Notes: a model not told the origin generated them from the sequence alone. 64,000 bases of DNA from an uncultured Candidatus Binatia bacterium (GCA_965200965.1 OZ241744.1:3104001-3168000); one strand, 5' to 3'; positions 19,121-30,240 are shown, counted from the stretch's first letter. Translations and numbers: made by a program.

Positions 19121-20203
19121 TCAGGGGACCAGGGCGGCCCGGGTAATCTCCTTGCGGTTGGACTTGTCCAGCGCTTCAGCCGCATTCTTCAGCGGAAACT
19201 CGGCGTCAACCAGTTCGTGATACGGGTAGTGGTCAATATGCTCGGACAGGAACTGCAAGGCTTTGTGCAGATAGTGGGGGTTATAGGTGGCGACCCCGAT
19301 AAGCGAGATGGACTTGAAGGTGATCAGCGATGGGGAGATTGTCGCGTGCAGGCCCATTGAGATATTGCCCAGCTCGGCAATCCGACCGCCGCTCCGCACC
19401 AGTTGAATGGCTTCCTCAAAAGCGGCCGGCACGCCGGCGACTTCCAGCACAACGTCCGGCCCAAGTCCGTTTGTCAACTCCCGGACGCGCACCGTGCGGT
19501 CTTTGACCGAGGCGTATTCGCGCAGGTCAATCACCTCGTCGGCCCCAAACGCCTTGGCTCGCTGCAAGCGCAGGTCCACCCCGTCAATGGCGATCACCCG
19601 CGCCCCGCGGGCCTTGGCTACGGCCACTGCGTGCAGCCCCAGGCCGCCCGCGCCCTGGACCACCAGGGTCTCATCGTAGCACAGCTTGACCCGGTCGAGG
19701 CTGAAAAACACCTGGGAGAGGGCGCAGTTGGCCGACGACGCGGCATGGTCGGGCACATTATCAGGGACTTTGTAGACGTGTTGGCCGGAGTGGATGTAGT
19801 AGTGGGTCGCCCACGGGGTATGAAAATGCGGCGCTTCGTCTGGAATCAACCGTTTGGCCCGGATGCTCAGCCCGGTACAGGCCGCGGCATTGCCCTCCCG
19901 ACAGTTGACGCACAGGCCGCACACCCGGTAGTAGACCGGGGCCACCCGGTCGCCTTCCTTGAGCGGCTGGCCGGCCGTGTCGGTGGTCACGCCTTGGCCC
20001 AGGCTATGCACCCGCCCGACCATTTCATGCCCGGGCATGGCTCCGCGTCTACCAAACTCGCCCCGCCACATATGGACCTCGGAGCCGCACACATTGGTCT
20101 GCGTCACCTCGGCCAGCAGTGCTCCGGGCTCGGGCTGAGGCAAGTCGTACTCATAAAAGTCAATGGTACGGGCTTCAGGAATAAAGCTGACCGTCCCTTT
20201 CAT
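19121..20203 (-). CDS. Zinc-dependent alcohol dehydrogenase (MDR family)
   Basis: CGSEVH, GHE, CGLCVNC..C and GAGGLG motifs. Confidence 0.9.
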   Translation of the reverse strand: MKGTVSFIPEARTIDFYEYDLPQPEPGALLAEVTQTNVCGSEVHMWRGEFGRRGAMPGHEMVGRVHSLGQGVTTDTAGQPLKEGDRVAPVYYRVCGLCVNCREGNAAACTGLSIRAKRLIPDEAPHFHTPWATHYYIHSGQHVYKVPDNVPDHAASSANCALSQVFFSLDRVKLCYDETLVVQGAGGLGLHAVAVAKARGARVIAIDGVDLRLQRAKAFGADEVIDLREYASVKDRTVRVRELTNGLGPDVVLEVAGVPAAFEEAIQLVRSGGRIAELGNISMGLHATISPSLITFKSISLIGVATYNPHYLHKALQFLSEHIDHYPYHELVDAEFPLKNAAEALDKSNRKEITRAALVP

Positions 20204-20216
20204 AGTTGTCTCCTCA

Positions 20217-21881
20217 TTACACGAATGACGGGGCGCGGTACTCGCCAAAGACCCGTCGCAGCCGGTCGGAAATCTCTCCCAGGGTGCTGTAAGCGCGTAC
20301 CGCATCAATGATGACCGGCAGCAGATTGCTGCCGTCGCGGGCGGCCGTCTCCACGCGATCCAAGGCTGTTTGGGCCGCGCCCTGATTGCGCTCGGCGCGT
20401 AGCGCGGCGAGCTTTTCTCTCTGGCGCTTTTCGAGATCCAGGTCAATTTTGAGCAGTTCGTTGCCAGACGCCTCTTCAACGGTAAAGTCGTTCACCCCGA
20501 CAATGATGTGTTCCTTGCGCTCAATCGCCTGCTGGGCGCGGAAGGCCGCGTCGTGGATCTCGCGCTGCTGATAACCGGCCTCAATCGCTTTGACGGCTCC
20601 GCCCAGCGTATCGATATGCCTAATATACTCAACCGCCCGGGCTTCTAACTCGTCGGTCAATGATTCTACATAGTAGGAGCCGGCCAGCGGGTCGATCGTA
20701 TCGGCCGCGCCCGATTCGTAGGCAATCACCTGCTGGGTACGCAGGGCGATCCGTACTGCGTCTTCGGTTGGCAGGGCCAGGGCTTCGTCTTTTGAGTTGG
20801 TATGCAGGGAGTTTGTGCCGCCCAGCACGCCGGCCAGGGCTTGGAGCGTCACGCGGATGATATTATTGTCCGGCTGCTGGGCGGTCAGGGTGGAGCCGGC
20901 GGTCTGGGCGTGGGTGCGCAGCATCCACGAGCGGGGGTTTTTGGCCCCAAAGCGCTCTTTCATAATCCGCGCCCACAGCCGGCGGGCAGCCCGGAACTTG
21001 GCCACCTCCTCAAACAGACTGTTATGCACGTTGAAGAAAAACGACAGGCGCGAAGCAAAGGTGTCCACGTCCAGGCCAATTGACAGCGCGGCATCAACAT
21101 AGGCAATGCCGTCGGCCAGGGTAAAGGCGATCTCCTGGGCTGCGGTCGAGCCGGCCTCACGGATGTGGTAGCCCGAGATGGAGATTGTATTCCAGTTCGG
21201 GACGCGCTCGGCGCAAAAGGCAAAAATATCGGTGATGATCCGCAGCGACGGGCTTGGCGGATAGATATAGGTCCCCCGGGCGATATACTCTTTGAGCAGA
21301 TCGTTCTGGATTGTGCCGTTGACCTTATCCCAGGCCACGCCCTGTTTTTCGGCCACCACCAGGTAGAGCGCCAGCAGGATGGCCGCGGTCGAGTTGATCG
21401 TCATTGAGGTGCTGACCTGATCGAGCGGAATGCCGTTCAGCAGGGTTTCCATATCGGCCAGCGAATCAATCGCCACCCCGGCCCGCCCGACCTCACCGGC
21501 GGCCAGCGTATGGTCCGAATCGCGGCCCATCTGGGTCGGCAGATCAAAGGCAACCGATAAGCCCGTCTGGCCCTGGTCCAACAGATAGCGGTAGCGCTCG
21601 TTTGACTCCTCAGCCGTGCCAAAGCCAGCATACTGGCGCATGGTCCAGAACCGGCCCCGGTACATGGTCGGCTGTACCCCGCGGGTGAACGGGTATTGAC
21701 CTGGAAAGCTCAGCGCCGCCTGGTAGTCCTGAGTAGCCGTATCGGCCGCGGTGTACAGGTGTTTGATGGGGATGCCGGACGAGGTCTGGAAGGATGTTTT
21801 ACGCTCTGGCGCTCGGGCCAGGGCTTTTTTCAGCGTCGTGTCTTCCCATTCCTGATACGCCTTGACAATGCTCGCGCTCAT
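20217..21881 (-). CDS. Methylmalonyl-CoA mutase family, substrate-binding (large) subunit
   Basis: [26 protein letters not shown] and SLHTN motifs; no B12-binding domain. Confidence 0.92.
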   Translation of the reverse strand: MSASIVKAYQEWEDTTLKKALARAPERKTSFQTSSGIPIKHLYTAADTATQDYQAALSFPGQYPFTRGVQPTMYRGRFWTMRQYAGFGTAEESNERYRYLLDQGQTGLSVAFDLPTQMGRDSDHTLAAGEVGRAGVAIDSLADMETLLNGIPLDQVSTSMTINSTAAILLALYLVVAEKQGVAWDKVNGTIQNDLLKEYIARGTYIYPPSPSLRIITDIFAFCAERVPNWNTISISGYHIREAGSTAAQEIAFTLADGIAYVDAALSIGLDVDTFASRLSFFFNVHNSLFEEVAKFRAARRLWARIMKERFGAKNPRSWMLRTHAQTAGSTLTAQQPDNNIIRVTLQALAGVLGGTNSLHTNSKDEALALPTEDAVRIALRTQQVIAYESGAADTIDPLAGSYYVESLTDELEARAVEYIRHIDTLGGAVKAIEAGYQQREIHDAAFRAQQAIERKEHIIVGVNDFTVEEASGNELLKIDLDLEKRQREKLAALRAERNQGAAQTALDRVETAARDGSNLLPVIIDAVRAYSTLGEISDRLRRVFGEYRAPSFV

Positions 21882-22011
21882 AGTGCCTCTCATCGACCAG
21901 GATTCGTCAGATGCGCCAGATTCCCAGGCCAATCAGAGCAATTGACCAAATCAGACGAATCGCAGTTCAGACAGCTTCCTGCCTAACCTAAATAGGATAC
22001 CGAGACAAGGG

Positions 22012-22374
22012 TCAGGGCGTGGTCGGCAGGGCGTGAAAGCGCAGACGCAGCAGGGTGGTCGGTGCCCGAGGGATGGGGTTTTCCGTCGCCGTGGGAGCGA
22101 TGCCGAGCGCGGTTAGCCTCTCCCGCAGCTCGGACAGACGGACGGTCGGCAGAGAGAGTACCAGCAGGCTGTCTTCCTCTTTGACCAGCACAACGCTGGT
22201 CATCTGAGTCACCGCGGCCTTGACTTGGGAGCGCAGGCCGGCCGGGTCGGCCGCGGACAACCGCCAACTCCGCGTTTCAATAACGCTGGCGCTTCCTTCG
22301 GGCCGGGGAGCATCCTGGGCCCAAGCGGTAGCGAGCATGGCCAAAGCCACGATACTGAGGAACGCTCTATTCAT
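22012..22374 (-). CDS. Hypothetical exported protein
   Basis: Signal peptide with AWA-QD cleavage site; AGGAG RBS. Confidence 0.6.
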   Translation of the reverse strand: MNRAFLSIVALAMLATAWAQDAPRPEGSASVIETRSWRLSAADPAGLRSQVKAAVTQMTSVVLVKEEDSLLVLSLPTVRLSELRERLTALGIAPTATENPIPRAPTTLLRLRFHALPTTP

Positions 22375-22404
22375 GGCAAGCTCCTGTCCGAAAAGCGCGC
22401 CCGC

Positions 22405-24294
22405 TTACAAAGAGAAACCTGAAACCTGCCGGGCTCCACAGGGCTCAGGTTTCTCTTTTTCAAGCTGCCCGACAAGGTCCCGGGCCGCCCGCAGGACGCC
22501 CGGCATATCACCCGCACCCATTCCTGGGGCAAAACGCACCCGCTCGCACACAGCCAGGATTTCGGCAATACGGCTCGCGCAATCTGCGGATACCCCGCGC
22601 TCCGCAATCGGCCCGGCCTCAATCTGGCCCGGCGGCAGGTCGAGCTTGGCTGCTAAGTATTCTTGGACGGCGCGCGACAGCAGATCATAAAACGTGGCCG
22701 GGTCGGACTCGCCAAGCGCCCGCTCAGCCGCCCCTAGGCCGTGACGGGCTTGGCGGCCGGCCCGGGCAAAACGCGCGTATCCGGCATCCCGGCTGAGCCG
22801 GCGGCGGTCGCACCACACGGCCACACCAAACAGGCCGAGCGGCACGATATGCCACAGTGCGAAAACCGACCAGGATGGACCGGACTCAATGGAGGAACAG
22901 GATGATCCTGCCACTGCTACAATCCTGTCAATTCCACATATCAGACGCATCCCGGTCACCTGGTTATGCAACGGCCCAAGCTCGTCTTTGATGTACACAA
23001 TATCCCGCCCCAGCCGTTCTGATGGCACCCGCCCGCCCACTACACCGACCCGCTGACCCTTGGGCGCGGGACGCAGCAGCAGGCGAATTGGTTGGCTGGT
23101 GAGTGTCCGGTATTGGGCCACCTCGGGATCAAAATAGCTGAAGTGGACCGCAGGAATGGCCTCAAGCATCTTGTCCTGGGGAATCAGGACCTGTTCAAAG
23201 ACGGTAGTATCCGGGTTGGGCCGGTCCATCTGAGAGGGATAGGTCCGAAAACCGTCGGTATTGACCAAACCCGGTAGCTGGGCGTCGGTCACTTGTCCGT
23301 TTCCGCTCAGCAGCATGCGCAGCGTGAGCGGGTCGCCGACCTGCAACTGGGTTGGATCGGCCGTCACCTCCATCCTGAACTGTCCAACCGCCCCGGAAAA
23401 GGTGGCTGGGCGGCCCTCTTCCGGCAGGGGGGCGACACGCAGGCTGAGCGCGTTGGAGTGCAGCGTCCGGGGGCGGCGTTCCGTCCCAAGCAGGGAATCG
23501 GAAAAAAACCGATCAAACAGGCTGGGCGAGCCGCGCGGAACTGGGCGTATCACGTTCAGTTGGAGCGAGGCCGGGCCTAGTTCAATAGTGCCTGAGCGGA
23601 GCGGCACGACCGTCGTCCGAAAGCGCAAAACACGAAACATATCGCCCCGCACAGTGCGTCGCTGTCTGACCGGTTCCTCAAACGGCTCAAGTGACACACC
23701 GTCTCCGGGCAGGACTGGATATTGCGCATCGGCAATGCGCATACCGCCAATGTATAACATAACCTCAAGCGGGATAGGCTGGTGCAGAAAGACCTCGCGC
23801 TTGGGAGTCCTGATCTCAAGCCACAAGCCCTCCCCGCTGGGGTCTGACCGATCGCCCAGAGTCCGGTCGGATGAGGGCGGTCCGGCGGCCGGCCGGCCAG
23901 AACGGATATCGACCTCGACCGTTCCCGTCTGATACTCCCGCCCCTGGTGTTTGAGGCGAAACGGTCCAAACGTGAAACGTCCCTCTTGACGCGCCCGCAG
24001 CGTGTAGCGATGTCGGACCGAGGCGCTATACCGATTGTTGACAATCGACATCTGGGTCGAGGGACCGATATAGCGGGTATCGAAGCCATCGAGTCCGCTC
24101 AGAGCGGGCGGCTCAACGTTTTGCGCGCCCCGGACCTCAATCACCAGCGTCAGCAACTCTCCCGGCTCGGCCTGTCTGGGTGTGATGTGCAGTTGGACCT
24201 GGATGTCCGCCTGTGCCTGCGCACCTCCGAGGCCGAGCAGCAGGCCGAGCAACCAGACCCCAGATATCCGGCGAGCGTGGCCGCCCATTACCAA
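22405..24294 (-). CDS. batD: BatD family protein
   Basis: Signal peptide, Ig-like repeats, FSGAVGQF, FSYFDP and C-terminal TM; operon context. Confidence 0.85.
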   Translation of the reverse strand: MVMGGHARRISGVWLLGLLLGLGGAQAQADIQVQLHITPRQAEPGELLTLVIEVRGAQNVEPPALSGLDGFDTRYIGPSTQMSIVNNRYSASVRHRYTLRARQEGRFTFGPFRLKHQGREYQTGTVEVDIRSGRPAAGPPSSDRTLGDRSDPSGEGLWLEIRTPKREVFLHQPIPLEVMLYIGGMRIADAQYPVLPGDGVSLEPFEEPVRQRRTVRGDMFRVLRFRTTVVPLRSGTIELGPASLQLNVIRPVPRGSPSLFDRFFSDSLLGTERRPRTLHSNALSLRVAPLPEEGRPATFSGAVGQFRMEVTADPTQLQVGDPLTLRMLLSGNGQVTDAQLPGLVNTDGFRTYPSQMDRPNPDTTVFEQVLIPQDKMLEAIPAVHFSYFDPEVAQYRTLTSQPIRLLLRPAPKGQRVGVVGGRVPSERLGRDIVYIKDELGPLHNQVTGMRLICGIDRIVAVAGSSCSSIESGPSWSVFALWHIVPLGLFGVAVWCDRRRLSRDAGYARFARAGRQARHGLGAAERALGESDPATFYDLLSRAVQEYLAAKLDLPPGQIEAGPIAERGVSADCASRIAEILAVCERVRFAPGMGAGDMPGVLRAARDLVGQLEKEKPEPCGARQVSGFSL

Positions 24295-25121
24295 TCTTCC
24301 AGGGGCTCGGCCACGGCCCCACCCTGTGCCTGACGAATGAAGTCCTCAACGCGAAGCTCTTCGCTTTTTGCGGTGTCGATCAGAGCCGAGGCTTCTTCTT
24401 CCGACAGGTCCGCCCCGTCCAACTGCTGCGCCTGGCCACCGCGGCCCTGCGGCTGCTCGGGGGCGGACTCTTGACGCCGGTCGGCCTGGACCGAGCGCTG
24501 GTCTTGCCTGTCGGGCCGCGGCTCAGACTGGCCCTGGTTTGGCTGCGGCTGGTCGGCTTGTCCGTGTTGCGGCTGATTCTGCATCTGCTCTTTAAGCTGT
24601 TCAATTTTTTTGGCCACCAACTCGTAGTTGAACTTGGCGTCCTGGTCACTGGGATCAAGGCCGAGCGCGCGGCGATAGGCGGCCAGAGCCGAGGTGTAGG
24701 CTTTGAGCGCGGCCTGGGGCTGGGCGGTTTCCGCCGCAGCACCGATTTGATACTGGGTATTGCCCAGGTTATAGGCCGTCCGAGCGGCCTGGAGCTGGGT
24801 GTCATCCAGGCTTGGCACCCGGGTAAAAGAGGACAGAGCGGCCACATAGTCGCCGGCTTTGTAATGGGCAGCCCCCATATTGAAATTGACCAACGGCGAG
24901 TCCGGATCGTCAACCAGGACCTCGCCGTAGCGTGTCAGCGCCTCCTCGAACTGTCCGGCGTGAAACAAACGGTTGCCCTCTTCAAGTCCGTTACGGACCG
25001 GGTCGAGCCAAGCCACATTGCCGATCGCCAGACCTACGGCAAGCACGCGCCACAGGCGGCTCAGACCGGGCGCGTTTGTGTGTCGTTTCCTTTCCAGTTG
25101 CACTTCATTCTCCTCTGGCAC
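24288..25121 (-). CDS. batC: BatC-like TPR protein
   Basis: YNLGN TPRs, DAKFNYEL, Gln-rich tail and terminal EDW. Confidence 0.8.
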   Translation of the reverse strand: MPEENEVQLERKRHTNAPGLSRLWRVLAVGLAIGNVAWLDPVRNGLEEGNRLFHAGQFEEALTRYGEVLVDDPDSPLVNFNMGAAHYKAGDYVAALSSFTRVPSLDDTQLQAARTAYNLGNTQYQIGAAAETAQPQAALKAYTSALAAYRRALGLDPSDQDAKFNYELVAKKIEQLKEQMQNQPQHGQADQPQPNQGQSEPRPDRQDQRSVQADRRQESAPEQPQGRGGQAQQLDGADLSEEEASALIDTAKSEELRVEDFIRQAQGGAVAEPLEDW

Positions 25122-26145
25122 GCAGACTGCGGCTCACTGCGGGTCTGACTATGGGGAGCGCGGCTTCGAGTCCGATCAGCACCAGGGCAGCGAACAGCGG
25201 CCACTGAAAGCGCTGGCGGAAGCGCCGCTCCACCGTACTCGTCAACACCCGGCCTTCGAGACGACCGATATAGCGCCGATAGACCTCATCCAGGCCCAAA
25301 TTCTGGCCGGCGGCAGAAATGTATGCCCCGCCGGTCGTAATAGCGATATCCTGCAAACCTCCAACATTGAGACGCGATTTCACAATCCGACCGTGGCGAT
25401 CTTTCAAAAACCTGGACTGCCCGTCCTCGCTCATCACGATCAACTCTCCCTCTGGGGTACCGATCCCAACCGTATAAATCCGAATCCCTTTGTCACGCGC
25501 CTGCTCTGCGGCGGCCTTGACCCGCCCCTCATGATCCTCCCCATCGGTTATCATCAGCAAGGCGGCGTTTTTGCCAGAGCGGCCCTCAAAGGCCTCAATC
25601 CCGGTCTGAATCGCGGCCGCCAAGGAGGTTCCGCCCTTTGGAATAATGCCGACCTCAAGGGCGTGCAAGTTTTCGGTAAACGCCCCATAGTCCAGGGTCA
25701 GGGGGCATTGCACAAAGGCCGAACCGGCAAAGGGCACTAGCCCGACCCGGTCGCCACGCACCTGTTGGATCAGGTCCTGGACCGCCAGCTTGGCGCGCTC
25801 CAGCCGGTTCGGTTTGATATCCTCGGCCAACATGCTGCGCGAGGTGTCGATCGCAATCACGATATCCGCCCCACGCCGCTCGATCGTTTCCCAGTGAAGC
25901 CCCCACTGGGGACCGGCCAGGGCAACCAGCAACAGGGACACCACCCCGAGCATCAGACCGGCCCGCCAGAGCTGATGGCGATTATCGAGGCTGGGCGAAA
26001 GAGCCGGCACCAAGCTCTCCAACAAGCGGGCCTGGGCAAAACGTAGCAGTGCGAGACGGCGCTGGCGCAAGGCCCACCACAGGCCCGCTCCGAGCAAGGG
26101 CACAAGCGTCAATAACCATACAAGATGTGGAGCGCGCCAGCTCAT
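25105..26145 (-). CDS. batB: BatB-like VWA membrane protein
   Basis: DTSRSM MIDAS, PLTLD and TDGEDH motifs. Confidence 0.88.
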   Translation of the reverse strand: MSWRAPHLVWLLTLVPLLGAGLWWALRQRRLALLRFAQARLLESLVPALSPSLDNRHQLWRAGLMLGVVSLLLVALAGPQWGLHWETIERRGADIVIAIDTSRSMLAEDIKPNRLERAKLAVQDLIQQVRGDRVGLVPFAGSAFVQCPLTLDYGAFTENLHALEVGIIPKGGTSLAAAIQTGIEAFEGRSGKNAALLMITDGEDHEGRVKAAAEQARDKGIRIYTVGIGTPEGELIVMSEDGQSRFLKDRHGRIVKSRLNVGGLQDIAITTGGAYISAAGQNLGLDEVYRRYIGRLEGRVLTSTVERRFRQRFQWPLFAALVLIGLEAALPIVRPAVSRSLRARGE

Positions 26146-27140
26146 CAGGGCAGCTTTCGTAACAGGCTATGCCGCAGACCAAGCTCAAGGCCGATCAACA
26201 CCAGAGCCGGGACCAGCAACCAGGGGTAGAGTTCGTCATAATCAAGGGAGCGCGGAACGTCAAACTCGGTGCGCTCGAGCCGATCGATCGCCCGGTAGAT
26301 GTCTTTGAGGCTCGCGGTGTCGGTCGCTCGGAAATATCGGCCACCGGTCGTATCAGCAATCTGACGCAAAGTCCGCTCATCAATATCAACCTGGACAGGA
26401 CGGTAGACCAGGTTGCCAAAGGCGTCCCGGGCTGGATACGGTGCCATGCCCTTTGTCCCGGCTCCAATGGTATGGACTTTGACGCTGAGCGCCCGGGCGG
26501 CTTCGGCCGCGGTCAGCGGAGAGATTTTTCCGGCGTTGTTCTGGCCGTCGGTCAACAGGATGACGACCGCGCTCTTGGCCGCCGCACGTTCGAGACGGCC
26601 AACCGCGGTGGCCAGGGCCGAGCCGATCGCCGTGCCGTCTTCAATCATCCCGATCCGGGCCCGTTCAAGATTCTGCAAGAGCCAGCCGTGGTCCAGGGTC
26701 AGCGGACACTGGGTATACGGCCGAGCGCTGAATAAGACCAGGCCGATCCGGTCGCCCGGTCGCTCGGTGACAAAATCCGTGACCACCGACTTGACCACAT
26801 CAAGTCGGCTGACGCGACGCCCCTCCAGGCGAAAATCCTCAGAGCGCATGCTGCCCGAGATATCGACGCTCAGCACGATATCGATCCCGGTTCCGACATA
26901 TCGGCCCTCAGCTTTGCCGATCTGGGGCCGGGCCAAGGCCAAGCTCAGCAGGACGAGCGTCAAGCCGCGAACGACCGGCAACACCCAGCGCCAGCGCTGG
27001 CGTCCGCCCAGCGGCAGACCACGCAGCGGGCCGAGACTCGGGTAGCGCACGGCCGCCTGGTAGGCACCTCGGCGATGCCAGACAAAGACGAGGGGGACCA
27101 GGGCGAGCAGAGCCAGGGCCCACGGATCATGAAAGCGCAT
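26145..27140 (-). CDS. batA: BatA-like VWA membrane protein
   Basis: ALARPQ, DISGSM, GTAIGSA and LTDGQNN motifs. Confidence 0.9.
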   Translation of the reverse strand: MRFHDPWALALLALVPLVFVWHRRGAYQAAVRYPSLGPLRGLPLGGRQRWRWVLPVVRGLTLVLLSLALARPQIGKAEGRYVGTGIDIVLSVDISGSMRSEDFRLEGRRVSRLDVVKSVVTDFVTERPGDRIGLVLFSARPYTQCPLTLDHGWLLQNLERARIGMIEDGTAIGSALATAVGRLERAAAKSAVVILLTDGQNNAGKISPLTAAEAARALSVKVHTIGAGTKGMAPYPARDAFGNLVYRPVQVDIDERTLRQIADTTGGRYFRATDTASLKDIYRAIDRLERTEFDVPRSLDYDELYPWLLVPALVLIGLELGLRHSLLRKLP

Positions 27141-28185
27141 CCGACCCCCCGTTTGTGGCCGCCGGAGAAATGTGGGCGGTGTGCTGAGCTTGCTGGGCTT
27201 GCTGATTTTGGCGGGGCAGGGTTTCTTCGATAAAACGCTGGGCGGCCTGGTAGGCGGCTTCGCTCTCGTCCGAGCCCGGCCGGTGACGGGCAAATTTCAC
27301 CAGATCGGCCTGGGCTAGAAACCCGGCCAGCCGGTCTTGCTGCACGGCGCTGAGCTGACTGTCGCCGGCCGCGGCAGACAGGAATTCTTCGGTCGTCATC
27401 TCTGATGCTCTGAGCCTGAGGCCGTCTTCCAGATACTCCCGCACAATGGCAGACAAGCACACATAGTATGCCTCAAACTGGCCCTTTTCAATCAAGCCCT
27501 GGGTGCGCAGTCGGCGCAGGGCTTCCAGAGCCACCTGATAGGCCGCAGGAGCGGGTGGGGCCATTGCCGGGGAGGGACGCCTGAGGTAAAAAAACAGCCC
27601 GCCGCCAAGCCCGGCCAGGACCAGGACGGCGAGCGCCGCAAGCGCGTATGGCCGCCAATCAAAGGGAGGGACTTCCGGGGGCTTGATATCCCGGATCGTC
27701 GCATTTTGGTCGGTTTGGGCCAGCAGGCTGATGACCGTGACCGAAACATCATTGCCGTCAACCCGCTGCCGCTCCGCACCGGACTGCCTATAATGGACCG
27801 TCGGACCGGGCAGCAGGTGTTGGCCGGTCTGAAAAATAGTCAGCCGAAACCAGCGACTCGTTACTACCCGGTCGGTTTCGGTCCAGGGCGGCAGGTCGCC
27901 AAAATCAAGGACGATGAAATCCCCCAGCCGCTCGCCCAGCAGCGGGATCTCGATATCAATGTCGGCCGGGGCCGTCACGCTGATGGTGTAACGGATGGGA
28001 TCGCCAATCGTCACCTCGTCCCGATCAACGCTGGCGCGGACGGTCACGGCTGGCACCTCAGCCTGCTCGGCCGTGACCCGGCCAAGCGTCGCGCCCCAGA
28101 CAGACACGACGAGCAGGCCGAACAGGAACGCGCCGTCGCCAAGCCACGCCGCCTGACCCCTGTCTTTCCGCGGGCGCAACTTCAC
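27127..28185 (-). CDS. Bat-operon membrane protein (BatD/DUF4381-like)
   Basis: GTG start with GGAGGAG RBS; IRDIKP-TM-...EMTTEE...ADLVKFA. Confidence 0.75.
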   Translation of the reverse strand: MKLRPRKDRGQAAWLGDGAFLFGLLVVSVWGATLGRVTAEQAEVPAVTVRASVDRDEVTIGDPIRYTISVTAPADIDIEIPLLGERLGDFIVLDFGDLPPWTETDRVVTSRWFRLTIFQTGQHLLPGPTVHYRQSGAERQRVDGNDVSVTVISLLAQTDQNATIRDIKPPEVPPFDWRPYALAALAVLVLAGLGGGLFFYLRRPSPAMAPPAPAAYQVALEALRRLRTQGLIEKGQFEAYYVCLSAIVREYLEDGLRLRASEMTTEEFLSAAAGDSQLSAVQQDRLAGFLAQADLVKFARHRPGSDESEAAYQAAQRFIEETLPRQNQQAQQAQHTAHISPAATNGGSDALS

Positions 28186-28198
28186 CTGCTCCTCCCTC

Positions 28199-29074
28199 TT
28201 AGTGGCGGCGCTCGCGCAAGCGAAAGAAGCGCAACAGCACCTCAACATACGAGCGGTCGGTTCGGACGGCAATTGTATCAATGCCCGCACCGCGCAGCGT
28301 GCGGGCGCGTTGGCGTCTGGCTTCCTCGGCTCGCTGCTCAAACGCCTGACGGACGCGCCGGCTCCCCGTATCAACCGTCAGCCGCTCACCGGTCTCGGCA
28401 TCCTGAAAGACCATGAGGCCGACATCCGGTAGCGTCCACTCGCGCGGGTCATCCAGCATCACCCCGATGACATCGTGCCGGTGACTGGCGATCTTGAGTG
28501 CCAGGCCGGCCCCGGCGTCCAGAAAATCGGAAATCAGAAACACCACCCCGCGCCGCTTACTGACACGATTGAGATGCTCAAGCGCGGCGGCAATATCCGT
28601 GCCCGCGTGTTGGGCCCGAAAAGATAAGACCTCACGAATGACCCGCAGGACGTGGCGGGCACCCTTCTTCGGTGCCAGGCTCAGCTCAACCCGGTCACTG
28701 AACATGACCAGGCCGACCTTGTCGTTATTGCTGATCGCCGAAAAGGCAAACAGGGCTGCCATCTCGGCCGCCATCTCGCTCTTGAGCTGAGAGACCGTGC
28801 CAAAACGGGTCGAAGCGCTGGCGTCAACCACAAGCATCACCGTTAGCTCGCGCTCTTCAACAAAGCGTTTGAGGTGCGGTATCCCGGTCCGGGCGGTGAC
28901 ATTCCAGTCAATTGCCCGGATATCATCGCCCGGCAGATAGTGGCGGACCTCGGCAAACTCCATGCCCTGGCCCCTAAACGCGCTCTGGTACTGGCCGGCA
29001 AACAGATCGCTGACCAGGTGGCTCGTCCGCACATGGATCTTGCGGACGGTTTTGAGCTGTTCGGTGCTCAGCAT
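28199..29074 (-). CDS. DUF58 VWA-like protein
   Basis: GMEFAEVRHY..GDDIRAIDWN and ISDF motifs. Confidence 0.92.
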   Translation of the reverse strand: MLSTEQLKTVRKIHVRTSHLVSDLFAGQYQSAFRGQGMEFAEVRHYLPGDDIRAIDWNVTARTGIPHLKRFVEERELTVMLVVDASASTRFGTVSQLKSEMAAEMAALFAFSAISNNDKVGLVMFSDRVELSLAPKKGARHVLRVIREVLSFRAQHAGTDIAAALEHLNRVSKRRGVVFLISDFLDAGAGLALKIASHRHDVIGVMLDDPREWTLPDVGLMVFQDAETGERLTVDTGSRRVRQAFEQRAEEARRQRARTLRGAGIDTIAVRTDRSYVEVLLRFFRLRERRH

Positions 29075-29101
29075 AGGTGCGCCCCTCGCCGGCGTACCGG
29101 C

Positions 29102-30121
29102 CTAGGGCACTGGCACGCCGTCCAGAATGCGCTCCACAATGCGCTCCGCACTGATGTCTTCGGCCTCGGCCTCATAGCTTACAATGATCCGGTGGCGCAA
29201 CACATCCGGGGCGAGCGATTTCACGTCTTGGGGGGTCACATAACCGCGGCCGTTCAGCAGAGCGTGGGCCTTGGCGGCGAGTGTCAGATACAGGGTCGCC
29301 CGCGGCGAGGCACCATACTGGATGAAACGTTGCAGGTCGAGCTGATAGGCGGTCGGCTGCCGAGTGGCAAAGATCAGGTCAAGAATATAGTCCTTGATCT
29401 TGTCGTCGAGGTAGATGCGATCGACCACACCCCGCAGCCGGAGTATATCGTCCGTCTGAAGCACGGTCTGAGCGCCGGGGTGGTCAGCGGTCGAGGCCAT
29501 CACATCCAGAATGTGGCGCTCCTCCTCTTTTGACGGATAGCTGACCCACACCTTCAGCATGAAGCGATCGACCTGGGCCTCGGGCAGCGGATAGGTGCCT
29601 TCTTGTTCAATCGGATTCTGGGTCGCCAGGACCAGAAAGAGCGTGGGCAGCGGATAGGTTTCCTCCCCGATCGTCACCTGTCGTTCCTGCATGGCTTCGA
29701 GCAGGGCGCTCTGCACCTTTGCCGGCGCACGGTTGATTTCGTCAGCCAGCACGATATTGGCGAAGATCGGGCCTTTCTTGGTGGTAAAGCTCCCATCGCG
29801 CGGACTGTAGACCAGCGTCCCGATGAGATCGGCCGGCAACAGATCGGGGGTGAATTGCAGCCGCTGGAAGCTGGCGCTCAGGGTCTGGGCCAGGGTCTTG
29901 ACCGACAGGGTCTTGGCCAGTCCAGGCACGCCTTCAAGCAGAACATGGCCGCTGGCCAACAGCCCGATCAGGAGCCGGTCAATCAGCGCGCGTTGACCAA
30001 CGATGACCCGACCCATTTCTTCCCGCAAACGGGTGAGGGCGGGCACTTGGGCCTGCACCTGCTCGTTGAGCGCACGCATACCGACCGCCTCTTGCTGTTC
30101 GACCGCCCGATCATCATCCAT
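29102..30121 (-). CDS. moxR: MoxR family AAA+ ATPase
   Basis: EGVPGLAKT, DEINRA, ATQNPIEQEGTY and GASPR motifs. Confidence 0.95.
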   Translation of the reverse strand: MDDDRAVEQQEAVGMRALNEQVQAQVPALTRLREEMGRVIVGQRALIDRLLIGLLASGHVLLEGVPGLAKTLSVKTLAQTLSASFQRLQFTPDLLPADLIGTLVYSPRDGSFTTKKGPIFANIVLADEINRAPAKVQSALLEAMQERQVTIGEETYPLPTLFLVLATQNPIEQEGTYPLPEAQVDRFMLKVWVSYPSKEEERHILDVMASTADHPGAQTVLQTDDILRLRGVVDRIYLDDKIKDYILDLIFATRQPTAYQLDLQRFIQYGASPRATLYLTLAAKAHALLNGRGYVTPQDVKSLAPDVLRHRIIVSYEAEAEDISAERIVERILDGVPVP

Positions 30122-30211
30122 AGCGTATAGCGTTCCTCCGCTCGCCGAGGTCTCCAACCGCCCCATGTCGCGCGGACGGAGCCGGCGTAGCATTCACCGC
30201 CCGCCTTGTGC

Positions 30212-30240
30212 TTGACAATGGACAGGGGGGTGTATACGAA
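30212..30240 (+). promoter_or_regulatory. Putative sigma70-type promoter upstream of degP
   Basis: Perfect TTGACA at 30212 with a weak TGTATACG -10-like element in the divergent moxR/degP spacer. Confidence 0.3.
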
